Part shown: positions 54,877 to 64,000 of the stretch, one piece after another
Layout: every line of letters starts with the position of its first letter
Position numbering within the stretch: position 1 is the stretch's first letter
Source of the DNA: an uncultured Gammaproteobacteria bacterium
Lineage (GTDB): Bacteria; Pseudomonadota; Gammaproteobacteria; CAWCPV01
Direction of reading: 5' to 3'
DNA: 64,000 bases
NCBI GenBank assembly: GCA_963797555.1
Contig: CAWCPV010000007.1
Location: forward strand, 512,001 to 576,000
Program-made: the position numbers and the translations under genes
The notes under the pieces: generated by a model
Told to the model about the DNA's origin: nothing
Databases searched by the model: none
The model's input: the letters and a program-made list of their open reading frames with translations, nothing else

Positions 54877-55074
54877 CTGCGCTCACTGGCGCTGGCAAGG
54901 CCGTCGAGTGTGACCACGGATTGGCGCCCGCGGTGAGGGCTTGTGAATGAAGCTTGCTGAGGACCTCTCTGGCGGCGTGGTGCGACGCTGGCTCTACCGG
55001 CGAGGTGGCTGCTCACAATACCTCGTGAGGCTCCCTCGCTCGCGGGGGGCAATACAGACGGGGTAGGCAAGGCG

Positions 55075-55737
55075 GTGCGTTGTTTTGACGCAGACTTCGA
55101 CCAAGGGCGGGCTGAGGGCTCGCCTTTCCCGAGGAACCCCGATATTACAGGCGTCGTTCTGGCGGGCGGACGTGCGCGCCGCATGGGCGGTGCGGACAAG
55201 GGGCTCATCGAGCTTAATAGCCGGCCGATGATCCAATACATTCTGGAGGCACTGCAGCCCCAGGTGGCTGCAGTGCTGGTGAATGCCAACCGTAATCGGG
55301 ACGCCTACGCGCGGCTCTGCGGCTGCCGCGTGGTCCCCGACACGCATGGGGACTATGCCGGACCGCTGGCGGGGATGGTGAGCGCCATGCAGGCGGCGGC
55401 GACCCGCTACGTGCTCACGGTCCCCTGCGACTGCCCTTTCGTGCCACCGGATCTCGCCGACCGTCTGCTGACGGGACTCCTGACGGAGGGGGCGGAGCTT
55501 GGCGTGGCCCACGACGGGCAACGCCTCCAGCCGGTCTTCGCTCTGCTGCGGCGCGACCTCTCCCCCAGTCTGCTGGCGTATCTGGAGACCGGCCAGCGGA
55601 AGATCGACCTGTGGTATGCGCGCCATCGCATGGCCCGAGTGGACCTGTCCGACGTGCCGGACGCCTTCATCAACGTCAATACCCCGGAGGAGCGTTCGTC
55701 CCTGGAGCAGCGCCTGATGCAGGCCAACGCATGCTGA
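55075..55737 (+). CDS. mobA: Molybdenum cofactor guanylyltransferase
   Basis: LAGGRARRMGGADKG, GPLAG, PCDCP, NVNTPEE. Confidence 0.93.
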   Translation: MRCFDADFDQGRAEGSPFPRNPDITGVVLAGGRARRMGGADKGLIELNSRPMIQYILEALQPQVAAVLVNANRNRDAYARLCGCRVVPDTHGDYAGPLAGMVSAMQAAATRYVLTVPCDCPFVPPDLADRLLTGLLTEGAELGVAHDGQRLQPVFALLRRDLSPSLLAYLETGQRKIDLWYARHRMARVDLSDVPDAFINVNTPEERSSLEQRLMQANAC

Positions 55738-56279
55738 AGCACGCTGCGGTTCCGGTCATCGGCTTCGCGGCCTTCAGCGGCACCGGCAAGACCACCTTGC
55801 TGTGCCGTCTGCTGCCGCTGCTGAAGGCGCAGGGCCTGCGGATCGGGATGGTGAAGCACGCCCACCACAGCTTCGACATCGACCAGCCGGGCAAGGACAG
55901 CTACGATCTGCGCAAGGCAGGCGCCACCCGGATGCTGGTGGCATCACGGCGGCGCTGGGCATTGATCGTGGAAACCGACTCCCCGCAGGAGGCGAGGCTC
56001 GACGACCTGCTCGCCGAGCTTGACCAGACAGGGCTCGACTTGGTTCTCGTCGAGGGCTTCAAGTACGAGGATTTCCCCAAGATCGAGCTGCACCGTACAG
56101 CCCTCGGGCACCGGTTGCTGTTTCCGGACGATCGATCGGTCATCGCCGTGGCGACCGACGGGCCCCTGGCGGTGGACACTGCCCTGCCAATCCTCGACAT
56201 CACCCTCCCGGAGCAGCTCGCCGGCTTCATCGTGGAGCGTCTAGGCGTCAGAGCCCCGAAGAGCGAAGGCGCCGGATAG
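55731..56279 (+). CDS. mobB: Molybdopterin-guanine dinucleotide biosynthesis protein B
   Basis: AFSGTGKTTL, KHAHHSFDIDQPGKDS, LVEGFK. Confidence 0.93.
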   Translation: MLKHAAVPVIGFAAFSGTGKTTLLCRLLPLLKAQGLRIGMVKHAHHSFDIDQPGKDSYDLRKAGATRMLVASRRRWALIVETDSPQEARLDDLLAELDQTGLDLVLVEGFKYEDFPKIELHRTALGHRLLFPDDRSVIAVATDGPLAVDTALPILDITLPEQLAGFIVERLGVRAPKSEGAG

Positions 56280-56483
56280 CCCGGCGGGCGCGGAGCCCAG
56301 CTGTGCCACGGATGGTTTGACACGGCACGACCGAGGCCGCGTGGGCAGATCTGCTCTATGGCAAGCGTTCCGGCTTTGCGGCGTGGAGCAGATCTATAAT
56401 GGAGTATAAACATCGTTTCGTTGACCGGATGGCCCGTCCGGGCCTGACCGCTGCGAGTTTCATCCCACTGCAGCCGACCCAAA

Positions 56484-58414
56484 ATGGACGCAAAGCGCGA
56501 GGATCCCGCTGGGCTCGATACCACGCTCCTGCGGGCGATGGTCGAGAACGCGGTGGATGGTATCATCGCCATCGACCAGCGCGGTCTGATGAAGATGGTC
56601 AACCCGGGGGCTGAGCATCTGTTTCGCTACACCGCGCAGGAGATGCTCGGGTGCAACGTGTCCATGTTGATGCCCGAGCCTTATCATTCGGAGCACGACC
56701 AGTACCTGCGCAGGTACCTGGAGACCGGCCAGCGCCGGATCATCGGCATCGGCCGCGAGGTCGAGGGTAGACGCAAGGACGGAACGACCTTTCCAATGTA
56801 CCTGTCTGTGGCCGAAGCGCGGCACGGCGACGAGATACTGTTCACCGGCATCGTCCACGACCTCACGGAGATCAAGCGCGCCGAGCAGCAGATCCGGTGG
56901 CTGCAGCGCCAGCAGCAACTGATCCTCGACGCCGTCGGTGACGGCATCTTGGGCGTGGATGCGGATGGGCGCATCATCTTCGCCAATCCGGCGGCCCAAG
57001 TCCTGCTGGGCTCCGAGCAAGGGGATCTCGTGGGACAGTCGCTGGAGTCGATTTGGCGATCCAGTGATGCGACGGAGCCTTTCCCGCGACATGCCATCGC
57101 CGCCGGCGAGCCCTATCGCGCCGACGAGGCATGGTTTGCCCGCCGCGGCGGAGGACCCATCCCCGTAGCGCTGGTCAGCACACCCATGCGCGACGGCGAC
57201 AGACCGGTCGGTGCCGTGCTCAGCTTTCGGGACATCACCGAGCGCAAACAGGCATCCCAAGAGATGCAGCGCATCCGCTCGTACCTCAAGAACATCATCG
57301 ACTCCATGCCCTCCATCCTCGTGGGCGTGGACGATCAGGGCAGCATCACCGAATGGAATACGGAGGCGGAGCATGCGACCGGCGTCCTTGCGGATCGGGC
57401 CTTGGGGCGGGGGTTCGTGGAACTGCTGCCGCAGCTCGTCTCGCGCCTGGACAAGGTGCACGAGGCGCTGCGCCTGCGTCAGTTTGCACGCATCGAGCGC
57501 TTGGCGTCGGAAGACGGCGGCGAGGTCCGTTACTTCGACGTGATGGTCTATCTCCTCATCGGGGAAGGTGTGGCGGGGGCGGTCATCCGTGTCGACAACG
57601 TCACCAACCGGGTGCGTATCGAGCAGATGATGGTGCAAACGGAGAAGATGATGTCGGTGGGCGGCCTTGCCGCCGGAATGGCCCATGAGATCAACAATCC
57701 CCTGAGCGGCATTCTGCAGAGCTGCCAGAACATCCAGCGTCGGCTGTCGCTCGATCTGCCCGCCAATCGGGCCGCGGCCGAGGACTTGGGTCTGGACCTG
57801 GAGAAACCCAGGATTTCCCTGCGCTCCAGATAGCGTCGCAAGGAATGCAGGCGGCGGCCATCCGAGCCACCGGAATCGTATCGGACATGCTGGCCTTCAG
57901 TCGCCGCAGCGCCGCGGACTTCGAGCCCGCGCGCATGCACGAACTACTCGAAGCGGTGCTCCGACTCGCCGACAGCGACTACGACCTTAACAAGCGCTAC
58001 GACTTCCGTCAGATCGAGGTCATCCGTGACTACGACGCGGAGCTCGGCGAGGTCTACTGCAACCGCATGGAGATGGAACAGGTATTCATGAACGTCATCA
58101 AGAACGCCGCCGAGGCCATGGCGGGCAACGGCGCGCGCCCCGCGCGCATCGCGCTGCGCACGCGGCGCGAGGGCGACTATGTGCGCGTGGAGATCGAGGA
58201 CACCGGGCCGGGCATAGACCAGAAGGTTCGCAGCCGCCTGTTCGAGCCCTTCTTCACCACCAAGCCGGTGGGGGTGGGCACCGGCCTAGGTCTGTCGGTG
58301 TCTTATTTCATAGTGACAGAGCGGCACCACGGCAGCATTGCGGTATCCGGCGCAGCGGGGGAGGGTGCTTGCTTCGTGATTCGACTACCGCTCCATGGTA
58401 GGGGCGGGTCATGA
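56484..58414 (+). CDS. Multi-PAS sensor histidine kinase (FixL-like first PAS), disrupted at ~57804-57843
   Basis: MPEPYHSEHDQYL..IIGIGREV PAS; GMAHEINNPL H-box; NVIKNAAEAM, DTGPG, FEPFFTTK, GTGLGLS in the downstream ORF. Confidence 0.88.
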
Positions 58415-58788
58415 GCCTCCGCGTGCTAGTGGTGGACGACGAGCCGCTGGTCGCGCAAACGCTGCAGGCGTTCCTGGAAGACGAAGGCATGCGCGTACAC
58501 ATCGAGCACTCGGCCGAGCAGGCTCTGGACACCGTCCGGGGCGGTGCGGCGTTCGACGTGTGCATCATGGACCTGCGCCTGCCCGGGATGGACGGTGACG
58601 CGGCCGCGCGCGCCCTCCACCAGCTTTGCCCCGGCCTGCGCTTCGTCATCCACACGGGGTCCGCGGATTACGCCGTGCCGGCTCAGCTGCAGGCCATCGG
58701 TGTCGGCGAAGCCCATCTCTTCAGGAAGCCCCTCGTGGACATGACGGCTCTGGCCGATGCCCTGCGATCGATGGCCAGGGCCGGCTGA
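58411..58788 (+). CDS. Single-domain response regulator
   Basis: VLVVDDE, MDLRLPGMDG, HTG, KP. Confidence 0.9.
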   Translation: MSLRVLVVDDEPLVAQTLQAFLEDEGMRVHIEHSAEQALDTVRGGAAFDVCIMDLRLPGMDGDAAARALHQLCPGLRFVIHTGSADYAVPAQLQAIGVGEAHLFRKPLVDMTALADALRSMARAG

Positions 58789-58798
58789 GAAGGAACTG

Positions 58799-59985
58799 GT
58801 GAGCGACAACGTCACGGTAGTCACCATCGAGGACGAGCCCGCGGTACGCCGCGGGCTCGCGGCCTATCTCGAGGACAGTGGTTACCAGGTTCTGGAGGCC
58901 GGCGATGGGGCCGCCGGGATCGCGCTGGTCCGTGCGTGCCGTCCCGATGCCGTGCTGTGCGACCTGCGTCTGCCCAAGATGGACGGGCTGGAGGTCCTAT
59001 CGACGATCACCACGGAGTTCCCGGAGACACCCGTCATAGTGGTCTCCGGTGTCAGTGACCTGAGCTATGCGGTGCAGGCGCTCAAACGGGGCGCCTGGGA
59101 CTACGTCACCAAGCCCATCCTGGACATGGGCGTGCTGGAAGGTGCCTTGGGGCGGGCACTGGAGCGTTCGCGGTTGCTGGGCGAGAACCGCCGCTACCGG
59201 CTGCACCTGGAGGCCCTGAACCGGGAGCTGACCCGGACGCTGCATCAACTGCAAGCGGACGAGGAGGCCGCGCGCAGGATCCAGTTCCAACTTCTTCCGG
59301 CGGATCGCTGGAGCTTCGGGGACTATCTGTTTACCCGCCAGCTCTACCCGTCCAAGCTGCTGAGCGGCGATCGTCGACTATTTCGCCATCGACGACCGCT
59401 ACGCCGGGTTCTACATGGCCGACGTGTCCGGGCACGGCGCTGCCTCCGCTTTCGTGACGGTGATGATCAAGACGCTGGTCGGCCAGTATTCCGACGCTTG
59501 CCGCGAGGAAGGCGATGCGACGATACTCAGCCCCGAGCTCATGCTGCAGCGGCTGAATCGGGACGTGTGCCGGCAGAACCTCGATCAGTACCTGACCATC
59601 GTTCTATGGCGTCATCGATGCGGAGCGAGGCGACATGACCTGTAGCAACGGTGGGCACTTTCCCTACCCCATCCTCTGCGAAGGGCAAGCGGCCCGGATT
59701 CTGACCTGCCGCAGCCGCCCGCTCGGGCTGTTCGACAACCCTCACTACGAAACCCAGCAGTTTCAGCTCCCTCCGGCATTCGCCCTCTGGCTCATCTCGG
59801 ACGGTGCTCTGGAGCTCCTGCCACAAAGGACTATGCGCGAAAAGCGGGAAGCGCTCTGTAGCTGCCTGCGTCACTCGGGCAGCGGCGTCGAGCGGCTCGC
59901 GACTGGGCTGGGTCTGGGCGACAGCTCCAGGCTCGTGGACGATGTCACCTTTCTCGCCGTGAGCAGGCAGGTCGGCCATGGATGA
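58799..59985 (+). CDS. rssB: REC-PP2C response regulator (Pseudomonas RssB-like); frameshifts near 59370 and 59600
   Basis: IEDE, CDLRLP, AWDYVTKP; PSKLLSGD / ADVSGHGAASAF / SDG / DDVTFL. Confidence 0.75.
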
Positions 59986-60483
59986 GGGGAGGGTGCTGCA
60001 CGCGAGCCATCAAGGCGTCCAGGTGCTGCGCTACATCGGGGACGTCCGCTACACCCTCGCGCCTTCCCTGGGACGTTTCTTGGAGGATCTGTTCGCGCGG
60101 GTCAGGCCCGCTGGCTTTGTCACAGACCTTCAGCAGGCGAGCGGTATCGACAGCACCAATCTCGGACTCCTCGTCAGGATCGCCAAGCACATGCAGGAAC
60201 TGGGTGGGCCCAGGGTGACGATCATCTCAGGCCACGAGGACACCGACGAGATCCTCTTGGCGCTCGGTCTGGACGAAGTCTTCGATATCGTGAAGGGCCG
60301 GACCGCCGAGGGGAAGACGGGCAGGTGGGGCCGGTGGGGGATCCCAACCCGCAGGAGTTGGCCCGCACGGTGCTGGCGGCGCATCGTGCGCTGATGGCTC
60401 TGAACGAGCAGAACCGGGACCTGTTTCAGGACGTGGTGGCGGCCTTCGAGAGAGAAGGCATTGAAGACGCCGCACCGCAGTGA
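59978..60483 (+). CDS. STAS-domain anti-sigma-factor antagonist (RssC-like); frameshift near 60330
   Basis: LRYIGDVRYTL, IDSTNLGLL; C-terminal VLAAHRALMALNEQNRDLFQDVV in a shifted frame. Confidence 0.8.
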
Positions 60484-60561
60484 TCCCCCTGTCCGTGGCT
60501 CGCGACGTGGGGGCCTGTTTGCGAGACCGCCGCAGACCACATGCAGGGTGGGAGACCAGAT

Positions 60562-61131
60562 ATGTTCGATCCAGGGACTTACGGCACGATTTTCGCCGCT
60601 CTGATCGATGCCGAAAGGCTCAACCCACTGGACGCGGGATCGCCCCAGGGTGCGGCACGGACGGCGTTGGGGACTCTGAGCGCGGAGCGTGCATTCGCGC
60701 CCCGCGCCATCGTAGACGCCGACATGGCCCAGCTCTGCTTGGCGGGGCTGTGGCTGCATCAGGACTTCCTCGACGAATGCCATCGCATCAGCCAGTCCAT
60801 TGGCACTACCAGCGGCAGCCACTGGCACGCGCTGATGCATCGCCGGGAAGGGGACTTCTGGAACGCCAAGTACTGGTTCCGACAGGTGGGCCGACACTCG
60901 ATCTACCGATCGCTGGCTGCGGAGGGTGCGCGTCTCGCCGCGAGTGGCGGTCCGGAGCAGGCTCCGCAGTTCCTGCTGCACCAGACGGGGTGGGATTCGG
61001 CGGCATTCGTCGACCTGTGCGAGGCGACCGTGCAGGGGCGCGCCCCACACGACATGCTCTGTCGACGCATCCAGCAGCGGGAGTGGCAGCTTCTCTTCGA
61101 CCACTGTTACCGACATGCCGTGGGTGCATAG
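60562..61131 (+). CDS. Conserved hypothetical protein
   Basis: LAGLWL..D.LDECHRISQ..SHWHALMHRREGDFWNAKYWF motif; GGAG RBS. Confidence 0.7.
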   Translation: MFDPGTYGTIFAALIDAERLNPLDAGSPQGAARTALGTLSAERAFAPRAIVDADMAQLCLAGLWLHQDFLDECHRISQSIGTTSGSHWHALMHRREGDFWNAKYWFRQVGRHSIYRSLAAEGARLAASGGPEQAPQFLLHQTGWDSAAFVDLCEATVQGRAPHDMLCRRIQQREWQLLFDHCYRHAVGA

Positions 61132-61189
61132 CTCAGACGCGGCGGACCGCCGACGCGCCTGTTCGCCGTGCCGTGGGTGTTTGCCCCGC

Positions 61190-62104
61190 ATGAGATTCCT
61201 CGGGAGGCCCGTTGCGGTGTTGTTCTTGCTGCTCGCTGCACCCGCGCTCGGCGCCGGGCCGGCCAGGGTCGTCGACCGCTATTTCCTGAGCGGTGATGGG
61301 AGCATCCGCCTGACCAACGACAAGAGCGCGGAATCGGCGCACATTCGCTATCGCCTGGCCGACGGCACCTACCCGGAAGCGGCGCGGCGCCGGATCGACC
61401 GCCTGTTCGGCGTACCGGCCGGCTCCGAGGACCATATCTCCTTGCGCCTCATCTCCCTTCTGGACTACATGGAGGATCGCTACCACGACCCCATCGACAT
61501 CATCTCCGGCTACCGCAGCCCGGAATACAACGAGGGACTGCGCGCTCAGGGGCGGCTAGCCGCGCGGGCAAGCCTGCACATGGAGGGCATGGCGGCCAAC
61601 GTCAAGCTGGGGAAGACTCTCGCGCCCAGAGCCTTCGAAGGGATCAAGGCCCTCGACTGCTGCGGCATCGGCTACTACCATGGCGACTCGGTGCATGTGG
61701 ATACCGGGCCGGCGCGGTTCTGGGATGAAACCTCGTCCAAGGTCCGCACCGATATCTCGACCCACGACAAGCGGGTCATGGTGCGCACCGACCGGGACAT
61801 CTACCTGGCGGGCGAGAGGGTCGAGCTGAAGCTTGCCCGCATCACCGACTATCCCCTCGGGCTGGTCTCCAGGTTCTCAGTGGTTCGCGACGGGGCCACG
61901 CTGCAGTCCTACTCGCTGGATCGCAGTAGCTCGGACTGCCTGCCCGTGACGGATCCCGAGCAGAGGACGTGGGTCTGGACCATCCCCGGTGAGGTTGTGG
62001 CCGAACGGCGCGTCCAGATCCGCCTCCGCTTCTGCACGAAGCCATTTCCCGAGATGCCGGATCAGATCGACTCGAATCCCATCCTCATCCTCAAGCCGGG
62101 TTGA
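61190..62104 (+). CDS. YcbK/DUF882 (peptidase M15 family) secreted protein with C-terminal extension
   Basis: Signal peptide; IISGYRSPEYN, SLHMEGMAA, GIGYY..VHVDTG; the usual Zn-ligand Asp reads Asn. Confidence 0.8.
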   Translation: MRFLGRPVAVLFLLLAAPALGAGPARVVDRYFLSGDGSIRLTNDKSAESAHIRYRLADGTYPEAARRRIDRLFGVPAGSEDHISLRLISLLDYMEDRYHDPIDIISGYRSPEYNEGLRAQGRLAARASLHMEGMAANVKLGKTLAPRAFEGIKALDCCGIGYYHGDSVHVDTGPARFWDETSSKVRTDISTHDKRVMVRTDRDIYLAGERVELKLARITDYPLGLVSRFSVVRDGATLQSYSLDRSSSDCLPVTDPEQRTWVWTIPGEVVAERRVQIRLRFCTKPFPEMPDQIDSNPILILKPG

Positions 62105-62282
62105 CGGGAACCGCCCCCTCCGTCCCTGCGCGCAGCCGCAGCCCTGCGTTCGGACGGGCTGCCCTCCCTGCCCACCGCCGGGCGGTTCCCCTGTCTGCCT
62201 GGGTCAGCTCTCGCCCAGGCGCCGGTGCGGCCGCCGGCCTCCGCCGTGGGTACCTCGGGTGATGCAGCACTTATGAGGTCGC

Positions 62283-62507
62283 GTGCCGCTAGTACGGGGC
62301 ATTACAAGACCAACATACCTGGCCTGGAAGGCGCGAGGCGAGAAGGCGCAGGAAGGCCCTTTTTTTGAGTTTCTTAACGCTGTCCGCGATGCAGAAGCCA
62401 AGGCCGAGGTCCGCATCGTGGGATTGTGGCGGGCTGCTGCGCTGCGGGACTGGCGTGTTGCCCGCGACTTCCTGGCCAGACGCTACCCCGAGCACTGGAG
62501 AAAATAG
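62283..62507 (+). pseudogene. Phage terminase-small-subunit-like fragment
   Basis: GITRPTYLAW..FFEFLNAVRDAEAKAE..DWRVARDFLARRYPEHW pattern; lacks N-terminus. Confidence 0.45.
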
Positions 62508-62518
62508 AGGCAAAGAAA

Positions 62519-62828
62519 GGCTCTTTCGACAATTGTGTGGGTGGTGGTAGTCAAGTAGCATCTGTTCTGACCGGTCGCTTATCACAGCATCTTGTGGTTG
62601 GGGTGGTGGGCGAGAGGCCCTCGCGTGGGGCCGCTCCGCAGGACTCGTCCACAAATCCACAGGCCGTCATCCAAGGGGGGAGCACCGTGCGGCTCACGCA
62701 TCTGTTTACCACGGCACTGGGCCTGACAGCGCCTTGGGAGGTCACCGACGTGCGGTTCGACCCCGAGGCTGGGCGCATCGACCTCGATGTGGCGTTTGCC
62801 AAGGGCAGCCGCTTTGCCTGCCCGGATG
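62519..62828 (+). mobile_element. ISL3-family left end and truncated transposase
   Basis: End GGCTCTTTCGACAATT; from 62687 LFTTALGLTAPWEVTDVRFD..FACP. Confidence 0.7.
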
Positions 62829-62864
62829 GTGCCGTGTGGCCTCTGTTCTTCATCGGCCATGAAC

Positions 62865-63002
62865 TCACCCCAGTCTGCCATCTTTTCCATAACGAGTAGT
62901 GCTGACAATCGTGGAATTTCCGAAGACCGCGATGTAGAAGCTCGCCGCTTCTTGGTCGTCGAACCACAGGAAGGGAGTGATCTTTTGAATGCTCGCTTGC
63001 AT
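62865..63002 (-). pseudogene. PhnB-like VOC protein N-terminal fragment
   Basis: [30 protein letters not shown]. Confidence 0.7.
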
Positions 63003-63108
63003 CGCGCATCTCCTCGTAGCCTCTTCTAGCCTGCCCACACGTACGACCGTCTCTCACGATGACCGTGATATCGGCCTAACATTCATGCGCGCGGCAGAGC
63101 TGATTCCC

Positions 63109-63522
63109 TCACTCCGACTTCGCCGCATGCCAATTCCGCGGGATGGGCTGGAGCATACTCACACGGTTGCCCTCGGTGTCGGTGAACGAGACATATTGCC
63201 CCACACTGGGTATTTCCATGGGCTCGCCGAGCACTTTACCTCCCGCATCCGTCACCTTCCTTGATGATTCTTTGATATCGTCCACCGCGATAACGATGGA
63301 CGGATATTGCGCGGGCCAATCGGGCTGTTTCGGGAAAAAGCCGCCGTTAATCGCGCCGGGCGTTTTCGGACCGTTCTCGTCGGTCTCGGTGGTGGTTGCA
63401 AGGACATAATTACCCATCTCCTGGCCCAGCATCTGCGTCTGCCAGCCGAATGCTGACTCATAAAACGTTGCCATCCTTTTCCGATTGTCATATGGCATCT
63501 CAAAGTGAACGACGGGATGCAT
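63109..63522 (-). CDS. VOC/glyoxalase-family protein
   Basis: MHPVVHFEMP, FYESAFGW, PGAINGG, FTDTEGNRVSMLQ. Confidence 0.88.
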   Translation of the reverse strand: MHPVVHFEMPYDNRKRMATFYESAFGWQTQMLGQEMGNYVLATTTETDENGPKTPGAINGGFFPKQPDWPAQYPSIVIAVDDIKESSRKVTDAGGKVLGEPMEIPSVGQYVSFTDTEGNRVSMLQPIPRNWHAAKSE

Positions 63523-63602
63523 TGCCTTTTCCTCCGTATCGGTTAAGGGGGATTTCCCTGTTTTCGGGGTAGCCGTCTGACCCTCGAACGCGTGGTTGTG
63601 TG

Positions 63603-63690
63603 TCACCAGGGATCGTAGCTGCCAAAGTTCCATATGTGCCCCTCGAGGTCACGACAAGCGAAGCCATGGCCACCGTGGTCTTCGGGGCCG
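63603..63690 (-). pseudogene. VOC-family C-terminal fragment
   Basis: EDHGGHGFACRDLEGHIWNFGSYDPW*. Confidence 0.65.
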
Positions 63691-63700
63691 CGAGCACGAG

Positions 63701-64000
63701 TTAGACGGACCGCTCGGCGCGTTCGCCGTTCCCGCGTGAGGCCGTCCGCGCGTGGGCGATTGCGCAAAAGCCGTCGGATTCGATCGCGAGCGGCAGGTTG
63801 ATGAGGTTGTAATAGTTCTCCAGCGCGTTCAGCCAAGTGATCTCGGCGATCTCCCACTCGCTGAAGTGCTTGCGGAGCACTTCGAATGTGGCGTCGGCGA
63901 CGCGCTTGTGGCGCGTGGCTTCCTCCACGTAGGCGAGCGCCGCGCGCTCCCGATCGGAGAAGAGCGGGCTCGTCCGGCACTCCGAGAGCGCGTTGAACTT
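63701..64000 (-). CDS. Carboxymuconolactone decarboxylase/AhpD-like protein (partial, runs off the window)
   Basis: FSDRERAALAYVEEAT..VADATFEVLRKHFSE.EIAEIT..ENYYN. Confidence 0.8.
   Translation of the reverse strand, partial: KFNALSECRTSPLFSDRERAALAYVEEATRHKRVADATFEVLRKHFSEWEIAEITWLNALENYYNLINLPLAIESDGFCAIAHARTASRGNGERAERSV

Overview
High-GC bacterial window; gene order (queA-tgt-yajC-secDF, suhB/trmJ-cysE-iscR, rlmN-pilW-rodZ) points to a gammaproteobacterium. 1-20 kb is accessory DNA: an IS1380 with its target duplication, an extended ars operon (arsR-arsC-acr3-FmdE-TauE-GDCCVxC), an MsrP-like/cytochrome b/Met-rich module, IS and MITE debris, ybhGFSR and glgX. About 20.6-40.7 kb is a dense innate-immunity-like island with six TIR domains. 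It holds a TIR-nSTAND1-TM-CLec receptor carrying diversity-generating retroelement (DGR) target signals (variable region, GGA-loop hairpin, truncated avd; no template repeat or reverse transcriptase in the window). It also holds a TIR + ParA/MinD-ATPase-TPR pair with 11 near-identical 126-bp repeats, two proteins sharing a TPR-S/DUF4071 domain (one a membrane patatin), an Avs-like TIR-STAND, vapBC and DUF29. The island ends at a decayed tRNA-Leu facing away from queA. 40.9-62 kb is core genome with signs of erosion (ndk remnant, reduced isc cluster, a ~40-bp inversion in a sensor kinase). The last 2 kb is phage, ISL3 and cassette-like debris. Many frameshifts, including one in trmJ, may be assembly errors. 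All family calls are from motif recognition by eye, not database searches.
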